31,007 bases of DNA from a virus (Duplodnaviria; Caudoviricetes), in the IMG/VR virus record IMGVR_UViG_3300020045_001157, positions 1 to 31,007 of that record; one strand, given 5' to 3'. The notes beneath the pieces were generated by a model that was not told where the DNA came from, made no database searches, and saw only the letters and a list, made by a program, of their open reading frames with translations. This document shows, one piece after another, positions 24,908 to 31,007 of this stretch (position 1 is the stretch's first letter; every line of letters begins with the position of its first letter). Position numbers and translations under genes: made by a program.

Positions 24908-25372
24908 TTAATATCCGTGTGATGGTATTGTTATGTTTGTAACCGTGTTTAGTAAATCTTCGGTATACAAAAAGTTTGATGAAACATTTGCAGAAATCAA
25001 TTCATTCAATGTTTTTTGTTGTATTTTAATGATATTCAAATTTCCGTATGGAGTTTGAACGTCAAAGTTAACATCTAAATTTCTAGCTGATCTATTGAAA
25101 TCAAACTCAAAGCGCGTGATGGACTGAGCGCCGTCCACATCTAAAATAGACTTTTTCAAAGCTGCTACAGAACCAGCCAAGCTAATTTGCTTGCCAAGAA
25201 TGTCAGATAGATATGGAGTACCAAACTCAGTGTCAAGAAACCACTCGCCAACCCACAATTTGAGCTTAATGGCCAAGTGTTGACGCACACGTTCAGCGCC
25301 GTCTAGCATCACTAGATCATTGTCAATCAAAACAAGATCATGGGTTACTTTGTCTAATGCAATATCAATCAA
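24908..25372 (-). CDS. baseplate wedge / sheath-initiator (gp25-like) protein
   Basis: GEWFLDTEFGTPY...ILDVDG...V.F.VQTPYG. TTG start overlaps the upstream TGA. Confidence 0.8.
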   Translation of the reverse strand: MIDIALDKVTHDLVLIDNDLVMLDGAERVRQHLAIKLKLWVGEWFLDTEFGTPYLSDILGKQISLAGSVAALKKSILDVDGAQSITRFEFDFNRSARNLDVNFDVQTPYGNLNIIKIQQKTLNELISANVSSNFLYTEDLLNTVTNITIPSHGY

Positions 25373-26025
25373 ACTGGAGTCCCTGTATTTGATAACCCAG
25401 TAGATACGCCACTGTGGACGTGATCTGAGAATTCAATCCCGCCAATACTTGCGCCAGTGGTGAACGTAGCCTGACCTGACGCAATCAAAGTTGACGCCAT
25501 AGATACAGCGCCAGCGTTTGAAAGAGTTCCACTATTGGATACATTTGGAGTCTCAATAGTGACCCCTCCAGGCGCTGTAATCAACAAAGCGCCACCAGAG
25601 GTAAGCCTCATTGACGCAGCCCCATAAAACACTGTTAAAGCGTCGTTATTTCCACTGTCACCAGCGCCAGCATTACCAAGGTCGCAAGGGATGCAATAAG
25701 AGTCTGAAATATCAAACCTGCGAGCATCATCAGTCCCATCTACGGCTTGTTGTGCGAACACCAAAAGGCACTTATCACCAGCTTTAATCGGCCCCTTAAC
25801 ACCCGCTGACCCGCCACTAAAGCTAGGCCAGCACACGCGAACATTTTGCAGGATTGGAAATGTCAACACATCACCATCAGCAAAGCGGCGTTTAGGCGTA
25901 GGCTGCACACTAGCGCGGCCATTGGCGTAACTAGTGATTACACCCGGCAGGCTAGTGTTAATTTCGTGCAGACGGCCATCTACCATGCTTTTTAGTGCGC
26001 TGATAAAGTCGTTATTTTCTGCCAT
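25369..26025 (-). CDS. baseplate central spike (Gp138/gpV-like)
   Basis: TSLPG.I, OB-fold PIKAGDKCLLVF, RRFDISD, C-terminal HVH metal-binding tip. Start set to the ATG at 26025. Confidence 0.85.
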   Translation of the reverse strand: MAENNDFISALKSMVDGRLHEINTSLPGVITSYANGRASVQPTPKRRFADGDVLTFPILQNVRVCWPSFSGGSAGVKGPIKAGDKCLLVFAQQAVDGTDDARRFDISDSYCIPCDLGNAGAGDSGNNDALTVFYGAASMRLTSGGALLITAPGGVTIETPNVSNSGTLSNAGAVSMASTLIASGQATFTTGASIGGIEFSDHVHSGVSTGLSNTGTPV

Positions 26026-26032
26026 ATAACAC

Positions 26033-26060
26033 ATTTTATCCCATAAATTTATTTTAACAA
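26033..26060 (-). promoter_or_regulatory. promoter for the spike gene, probably leaderless
   Basis: TTGTTA-16 nt-TAAAAT, then 7 nt to the ATG at 26025. No SD sequence. Confidence 0.5.
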
Positions 26061-26062
26061 AA

Positions 26063-26092
26063 TTGAATTTTTGAGTGAAATGGAGCTATGAT
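26063..26092 (+). promoter_or_regulatory. promoter for the ncRNA island
   Basis: TTGAAT-18 nt-TATGAT. GCTATGAT resembles the GCTACAAT of the early promoters, and structured RNA begins about 10 nt downstream. Confidence 0.55.
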
Positions 26093-26205
26093 TCAGTCCT
26101 CGCAGTCGAAAGACGGTTAAGCCATCGGCGATAAATGATGGTGAGTGCTTCATAAATTCACTTTCAGTAGGATTCAGATTTATGTGACACCACGGAAAGA
26201 CGTGG

Positions 26206-26400
26206 ACTATCAAGTAAGCGGCGGCGTTGAAGGAAACGCTAAGTAAGGATGATGCAACGGAGCGCAGGGTGCATAACCCACCTGAACGCGACAAAAGAGG
26301 TTTAACCGACTCGTTAAAAAGGGGTGCATTTATCTGGTGGGTAGGTCTATTACCGGAATAGATCAAGCTGGAATCAAGCCCAGCCCGCTTACTTGATGGT
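26206..26400 (+). ncRNA. tRNA-like RNA A (expanded central domain)
   Basis: 16-bp closing stem 26206-21/26385-400, 2-nt linker, D-like arm GCGTT-GAAGGA-AACGC, T-like arm GCTGG-AATCAAGC-CCAGC directly before the 3' strand. Extra stems GGTCTATT/AATAGATC and TTTAAC/GTTAAA. Confidence 0.7.
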
Positions 26401-26546
26401 TTGGTATAGATAGTACACGTTTGCCAAAGTACACGGGTAAACAAACGGACGCAAGAACGCTTAACGGCGTAATCGGCAACCATCAAAGTCTGGTACACGT
26501 AGACTTAAAGCGAAGTGGGCGCAGGTGGAATCCCTGCGGCTATCAA
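26393..26546 (+). ncRNA. tRNA-like RNA B
   Basis: TTGATGGTT/GGCTATCAA closing stem (3 G-U), TG linker, weak D-like arm GTAT-AGATA-GTAC, T-like arm GCAGG-TGGAATC-CCTGC, three internal hairpins. Confidence 0.55.
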
Positions 26547-26607
26547 TCATGAGCCTTGCCATATTTTGCAATCGGTATGGGTAAAGTCAGGGTTCATGAT
26601 TGATGGT
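26539..26607 (+). other. long imperfect hairpin between RNAs B and C
   Basis: ATCAATCATGA/TCATGATTGAT perfect 11 bp, extended by G-U pairs. Inner CCATA/TATGG. Confidence 0.7.
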
Positions 26608-26703
26608 TTGCGTCGAATTGGTAAAGGCGACCAGAAACAGGTTGTGCTGTGAGGATTTTTGTGTAAAGCAATCTAGTGCTGGTTCAAATCCAGCAACCAT
26701 CAA
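26600..26703 (+). ncRNA. tRNA-like RNA C (canonical D and T arms, no anticodon arm)
   Basis: TTGATGGTT/AACCATCAA, T8, CGTC-GAATTGGTAAA-GGCG, GCTGG-TTCAAAT-CCAGC. Positions 27-43 do not pair, no encoded CCA. Confidence 0.75.
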
Positions 26704-26710
26704 AATTTAC

Positions 26711-26809
26711 GGGGTGAATGCGCAGACTGATGCGCTAGTCAGGTAAGACCATGTTGTCTTGAGCAACAGAAAGAAGCCAAGCCGGAGATCAGTACCGGCC
26801 ATCCCACCA
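26711..26809 (+). ncRNA. tRNA-like RNA D with encoded ACCA end
   Basis: GGGGTG/CATCCC followed by ACCA, GCGCA-GACTGA-TGCGC, GCCGG-AGATCAGTA-CCGGC, internal TGTTG-TCTTGAG-CAACA. Confidence 0.75.
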
Positions 26810-27733
26810 TTACACGTAACGCAAAACCAACTGAGAAAACCAGTCAGCGCCGTGAGAATCACCGACGTGATTGATATTTTCCACGCGAAAAAATTCCTTA
26901 TCAATCCCACGAGTATCCAAGCGCACATATCCACCCGGCTGTAATGCTGGCTGTAAAAGGCTTTTCACGCGGTATCCTTGAACCTCTAATTTCTTTTCGT
27001 TATTCCCGCCTTCGGTCTCGCCATAAGTCACTCGAACGCCTTTTTGTTTCGCGGTGAAGCCCTTCTTTGCGGCTGTCTTTTCTGAGTAAATCTTATGCTC
27101 TGTTTCTGGCGACTCAATCAAGCCGGTGTCAGGCGACAGCACGAAGGCTTGCATATCAACAGCTTTACCTTGTTTCAGAATCTGCAACTCACGATTCTGG
27201 ATGCTCCATTCAAGGCCAAGAAAGTCACAAGCCTTTTTCATCGCTTCGCGTGAGCGCCCAATGAATGCGAATCCATCAGGATATGTCTTTGTTGCTATCT
27301 CACTTGGCAATGGCCGAATAGGTAGCTTAAAAGTGGATGCAATGTTGCTTAAAACCTGCTGTGCAGATACACCGGGCGCAAAGCTGAATGATGTTTTGGT
27401 ATCCTTGTATTCTGCCCCGCCGTCTGACATTTCCAATTCAGTGACGGAATCAGCGCCTTCAATTCGAGTAAGCGCCCTAGTAACCGTACCAGTGAAAATG
27501 GTAATCTCGCCAACGTCGCGTTTGTAACCAGCTTTTAGAATCAGGATGTTGTTAACCGTCTCAACTAAAGCGCGTGAGTCTTTGTTTAGGTTGTAGATGC
27601 GGCAAGTACACGAATTAGGTGTGTCAATAGAGCCTTTCTCAATAGAGAATGAAAACCGTAGATCACGAATCTCAACGGCTTTACCGTCAGGCTTTCCAAC
27701 AGTCAGCGAGGCTACACGATCAAATAAAGCCAT
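26810..27733 (-). CDS. baseplate hub protein
   Basis: DLRFSFSIEK...C.IYNL...LKAGY...IFTG.V, WSIQN, LSPDTGLIESP, H.GDSHG.DW. Position in the tail operon. Confidence 0.85.
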   Translation of the reverse strand: MALFDRVASLTVGKPDGKAVEIRDLRFSFSIEKGSIDTPNSCTCRIYNLNKDSRALVETVNNILILKAGYKRDVGEITIFTGTVTRALTRIEGADSVTELEMSDGGAEYKDTKTSFSFAPGVSAQQVLSNIASTFKLPIRPLPSEIATKTYPDGFAFIGRSREAMKKACDFLGLEWSIQNRELQILKQGKAVDMQAFVLSPDTGLIESPETEHKIYSEKTAAKKGFTAKQKGVRVTYGETEGGNNEKKLEVQGYRVKSLLQPALQPGGYVRLDTRGIDKEFFRVENINHVGDSHGADWFSQLVLRYV

Positions 27734-28168
27734 TTAAGCACCGTCCCACGAGGACGAACCGCTATCCCATACAGACAGCCCGCTATCCCAGATAGACCCG
27801 CTAACAGCCGCTACTGGCGTTATGACAACCACGTCAGAAACGACAACATCAGGAACGTAATAAACCAGAGAATAATCACCCGTTCCGACTGATTCATAAA
27901 GTGCGCGTGAATGCTTGTTTTTGTTGTCGATGAAATACAAATCACCAATTGGAAGAAGTGTATTTTTAAACCGGCTGATTAGCGGGTAGTTTTTCACCAT
28001 CTTGATATTTTCAAGAATGACAGCACCATCCCTGGCGTAAATTGACAGTGAAAAATATCCATACTTCTCATTCCATAGAATGCGCAAAGTGTATGGGTTA
28101 TCACTTAAAACAACGTCAACTAGTTGGTCTGTCGTGTCTGCTAACAGTGGGATTTCGGCTAGGATCAT
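27734..28168 (-). CDS. small baseplate protein (plug-like)
   Basis: Y.LRILWN....FSLSIY pattern, between the Dit-like gene and the hub. C-terminal WD(S/G) x3 tail. Confidence 0.7.
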   Translation of the reverse strand: MILAEIPLLADTTDQLVDVVLSDNPYTLRILWNEKYGYFSLSIYARDGAVILENIKMVKNYPLISRFKNTLLPIGDLYFIDNKNKHSRALYESVGTGDYSLVYYVPDVVVSDVVVITPVAAVSGSIWDSGLSVWDSGSSSWDGA

Positions 28169-28179
28169 TTGCGCTGCTT

Positions 28180-28830
28180 TTAATTTGTTGTTTGGTATAC
28201 GATTTTCTTTGACTTAAACAATACTTCTGCAACGCTAGTGCTACCAGAATACTGTGCGCGAGTCTTGTAATTTTCATCTAACATTTTCTGACCCGCTGTT
28301 TTTTGTGGCTCGGCTTTCTTGCCTAGGTTACCTGCCTTCTTATCTTTCTTGGCACTAATACCCGGTGGCAACTTAACCAATTGAGTATCGACAAAACGGA
28401 CGTTCACCAGTTCCATCGTAAACTGAACTTCTTCGCCTATCTGAGCATTACGTGGGATTGAAACGGATTCGATCACCATGTCTGTATAGATTGCGTGCTT
28501 GGTATAAACCACAACAACATCACGCGATTTAAACAGTTCACGAATGGCATCAAATGCCGTCTGGATGCGTGGTGATTCATTGTCGCCACCAAAGTATTGC
28601 CCTGCAAACTCACCGCGTAATGGGCTGTTTGTGATCGTTCCTGTAAGCTTCAAACGGTCAGATCGTTCGATCACATGGTCAGTGACTGGCGAACCAGTTT
28701 CAACCGGGTTTTGTGTAATCTCGTTGCGCCAGTCATGCAGTTCGTCAAGTGTGGCATCAAAGTCGATTGACGCGATGCCGCCAAAAACCTTAGTTCCTGA
28801 ACTTGGCCCACCGTAGTAAAAACCTATCAT
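28180..28830 (-). CDS. Dit-like / tail tube initiator protein
   Basis: FDATLDE.H....ITQNPVETGSPVTDH...L.G.ITN, directly after the tape measure gene. Confidence 0.8.
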   Translation of the reverse strand: MIGFYYGGPSSGTKVFGGIASIDFDATLDELHDWRNEITQNPVETGSPVTDHVIERSDRLKLTGTITNSPLRGEFAGQYFGGDNESPRIQTAFDAIRELFKSRDVVVVYTKHAIYTDMVIESVSIPRNAQIGEEVQFTMELVNVRFVDTQLVKLPPGISAKKDKKAGNLGKKAEPQKTAGQKMLDENYKTRAQYSGSTSVAEVLFKSKKIVYQTTN

Positions 28831-30306
28831 TTAATTACCCATTGAGTTCATATCACGCGCCAGCTTGTCGTTACCTTGACCTAAGATATTGACAACCCCA
28901 GTTTCAAGCAAATTAATGTGAGCTTGTGGAGTACCCGGCGGCATGGTGAAATTGTTTGTCTGGTGCACCGTGTTGCTAGTCGGTGAGGCTGGAGCCAAGT
29001 TGGGCAACATGGTTGCTGGCGTAACGCTGCCTGGACCAACCTTTGGCAATCCGACATCATTGGATTTATTAAGCAAGTAAGCTGCACCCAAAGCGATGCC
29101 AGCGCCAGCAGCAATAGCCCATCCTGTCGGTCCCATTGCAGCGAGTTGGATGGCGAGTACCTTAGCACCCTCAATCATGGCTGTAATACGCATCTTTGCC
29201 CACATGGCAGCGTAAGCGATTGCCACATAAGCAAATTGAGCCGTCAATCCTAACAATGCAGCAGTCAAGCCAACCGTCAGAACGTCGCCATTCTTCAAGT
29301 CTTTCAGGAAGTCTCCAAACAGCGACTGCCCACCTTGCATGTAGGTGTAAATATCATCGATGGCTAGTCCAAGCAATACAAGAGAAGCCACGACAAGGCC
29401 AGCGGGTGACAGAATGGCACCAAGGATGCTCAGAAACCCTCCTAAAGCCATTGGGCCAAACAATGCAAGCAATGCGATGCCAAACACCTTCAATGCGTTA
29501 GTGCCACCGCCAACAAAATCAACTAACGATTTAAATCCAGTCTCAATACGGTCAAAGGCATTCAAAAAGAAGTTGGCCACATTGGTGACAACGTGAGATT
29601 CACGGTTCATATTCTGAACCATCGTTTTGAACTTGTTACCGATGATGGAAGTTGCAGCGCCAATTGTCATTGGCATTTTGCGGAATTTATCTTCAAAAAT
29701 GCTTGACATTTTCATGGTTGCTTCAATAACCTGTTTTGAGGTTATCTTGCCTTCGCTTGCGAGCTTTTTCATTTCGCTGCGAGGTATTTTAAGAGCGATA
29801 GCCAACTCATCCATGTATTGTGGTGCAGCTTCAGCCATAGCGCGAAATTCTTCGCCCTGCAATGTGCCAGCACCCAATGCTTGGCTAAACTGAGTCATTA
29901 CAGATGATGCCTCTTGCGCTGTTGCGCCACCAACAACAAGCGCCTGACTGATTGTGTCAGTCACTTTTAGTAAATCACCCTGAGTTTTTACATAGTCCTT
30001 GGCTGCATTGCCGATGCGGTTATAAAGCGTACCGTAAGCATCAAGAGACTGTCTGTTATCACTCGCATGTTTTGACACTTCGTTAAATGCGTCTCCAACT
30101 GCTCCAACGGTTTGAGGAAGCATACCAATACGCGCCTCCAATGACTGCATCGAATCCGCTACGCCAGCCAAGGCACGCAAAGAAGCAAACGCGGCAATAC
30201 CTGACAGCATACCTGACAGCTTGTTAATAGAGCCTTCAGCACGGTTCAGGCTTGCCTGATCTACGCCAAAGCCCAAACGGGTAATCAACTCTCTAACAAC
30301 TGCCAT
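28831..30306 (-). CDS. tail tape measure protein
   Basis: VRELITRLGF start, TQFSQALGAGTLQGEEFRAMAEAAP tape-measure domain, Ala/Gly-rich with hydrophobic segments. Confidence 0.92.
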   Translation of the reverse strand: MAVVRELITRLGFGVDQASLNRAEGSINKLSGMLSGIAAFASLRALAGVADSMQSLEARIGMLPQTVGAVGDAFNEVSKHASDNRQSLDAYGTLYNRIGNAAKDYVKTQGDLLKVTDTISQALVVGGATAQEASSVMTQFSQALGAGTLQGEEFRAMAEAAPQYMDELAIALKIPRSEMKKLASEGKITSKQVIEATMKMSSIFEDKFRKMPMTIGAATSIIGNKFKTMVQNMNRESHVVTNVANFFLNAFDRIETGFKSLVDFVGGGTNALKVFGIALLALFGPMALGGFLSILGAILSPAGLVVASLVLLGLAIDDIYTYMQGGQSLFGDFLKDLKNGDVLTVGLTAALLGLTAQFAYVAIAYAAMWAKMRITAMIEGAKVLAIQLAAMGPTGWAIAAGAGIALGAAYLLNKSNDVGLPKVGPGSVTPATMLPNLAPASPTSNTVHQTNNFTMPPGTPQAHINLLETGVVNILGQGNDKLARDMNSMGN

Positions 30307-30310
30307 ATAT

Positions 30311-30562
30311 TCAATCTTTCTTTTTTATCGCCTGATCTTGATAAGCATCCGACATATCCATTAAAGCGTTTAGTTTCATTAAGTCTTCAACGCTAACCGT
30401 CCCATCCTTCACTTCTGAAACTGAGACTTTCCTTGCCAATATCGGACGCCATATCCATAATTCAGACTCTAGGTCAGCTCTTAATTTACCAGGGGCTTCG
30501 CCACTTGAGTTTGAGCCCCGGCGGTTAGGCTCCCAAAATTCCCCGCCGCTTTTTTGAAAAAA
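30311..30562 (-). CDS. -1 frameshift extension of the tail assembly chaperone (GT-like product)
   Basis: Slippery T TTT TTC at 30562-30556. The -1 frame is open to TGA at 30313-30311: ...PGKLRADLESELWIWRPILARKVSVSEVKDGTVSVEDLMKLNALMD... Confidence 0.8.
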   Translation of the reverse strand, partial: FFQKSGGEFWEPNRRGSNSSGEAPGKLRADLESELWIWRPILARKVSVSEVKDGTVSVEDLMKLNALMDMSDAYQDQAIKKKD

Positions 30563-30936
30563 ACCGCAAAGTTCAATTTAAGAACCTCCCAGATCAATTC
30601 ATAAAAATCAAACAGGTTATCTGCGGTAAACGCCTGATTTACACCCATCGCGTCTTTAATGAAAATCTTTTTCTCAATAAAGTAAACCCGTGAGTTTGCA
30701 AACATCGGGAACACAATAGAATCCATCACTTCTTCGGTGAGATTTTCAGCAAGGATATTAGTTACCTCACTCAAATCAGCATCTAGCAGATTGACAGAGC
30801 CTTTGCCCTTGGTAAGTCCACCAATGACAGGCAGAATAACCTTGTTCAATCGCAACAGAATTTTGTTAGCGTCAAACGCATTCATTTTCATGGCCGTATA
30901 TTCAGACTGGCCGATAATAATTGTTTCTGGGTGCAT
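30481..30936 (-). CDS. tail assembly chaperone
   Basis: Directly upstream of the tape measure gene and carries the slippery site. Start moved to the ATG at 30936 behind TAAGGA. Confidence 0.85.
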   Translation of the reverse strand: MHPETIIIGQSEYTAMKMNAFDANKILLRLNKVILPVIGGLTKGKGSVNLLDADLSEVTNILAENLTEEVMDSIVFPMFANSRVYFIEKKIFIKDAMGVNQAFTADNLFDFYELIWEVLKLNFAVFFKKAAGNFGSLTAGAQTQVAKPLVN

Positions 30937-30970
30937 GGTTTTCCTTATGTGTATTTGTTTCAATTATACG

Positions 30971-31003
30971 AAAAAAAGCCCGTCAGAGCGAATCATGACG
31001 GGC
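30971..31003 (-). terminator. intrinsic terminator upstream of the chaperone gene
   Basis: GCCCGTCA-10 nt-TGACGGGC followed by T7 on the minus strand. TATAAT (30968-30963) lies just downstream. Confidence 0.8.
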
Positions 31004-31007
31004 CAAC

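Noticed and set aside
26049-26498. 149-aa minus-strand ORF, plus ORFs 26707..26934 and 26759..26944
   Set aside because: No RBS or recognisable protein features. They overlap + strand RNA stems whose G-U pairs work only on the + strand, or overlap the hub gene.
26206-26546. tmRNA, group I intron or Y RNA
   Set aside because: No alanine-type acceptor with tag ORF recognised, no group I core seen, and no Ro60 gene in the window. A covariance-model search is still needed to exclude these formally.
26121-26703. CRISPR array or mini-array
   Set aside because: Repeats are only 7-11 nt, switch orientation and have irregular, structured spacing. The Cas4-like gene sits in a normal phage replication module.
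26600-26809. Calling units C and D ordinary tRNA genes
   Set aside because: C has no pairable anticodon stem at positions 27-43. D has a 6-bp acceptor, a 9-nt T loop without TTC and an extra hairpin.
17533-29893. Plus-strand and nested ORFs in the late arm (e.g. 17533, 21768, 23208, 24087, 27126), including as embedded spanins
   Set aside because: Shadows of structural genes. No signal peptide with lipobox recognised.

Overview
31-kb fragment of a tailed dsDNA phage genome, with a contractile-tail type baseplate. No integrase, polymerase, capsid or terminase gene lies in this window. Positions 1-682 (- strand) hold the 5' end of a primase and one small gene. Positions 816-16951 (+ strand) are a tightly packed early/replication arm: many small hypothetical genes, dCMP deaminase, ThyX, an NrdR-like Zn ribbon, a Sak4-like AAA ATPase, a stand-alone ClpX-type Zn finger, a DUF669-like SSB, a helicase-DNA methyltransferase fusion, a Cas4-like exonuclease, a RadD-like helicase, a RuvC-like resolvase and a MazG-like protein. 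Positions 16980-30936 (- strand) are the late arm: tail assembly chaperone with a -1 frameshift, tape measure, baseplate, two beta-helix tail spikes and a lysis cassette. The arms converge on a bidirectional terminator near 16965. The most unusual element is a ~710-nt non-coding island (26100-26809) between the baseplate hub and spike genes, oriented opposite to them. It encodes four abutting tRNA-like folds whose anticodon arms are replaced by other structure. They are delimited by eight mostly alternating-orientation copies of one word (TTGATGGT / ACCATCAA), which allow two alternative pairing registers. All family assignments come from motif recognition by eye, not database searches, and all RNA structures were folded by hand.
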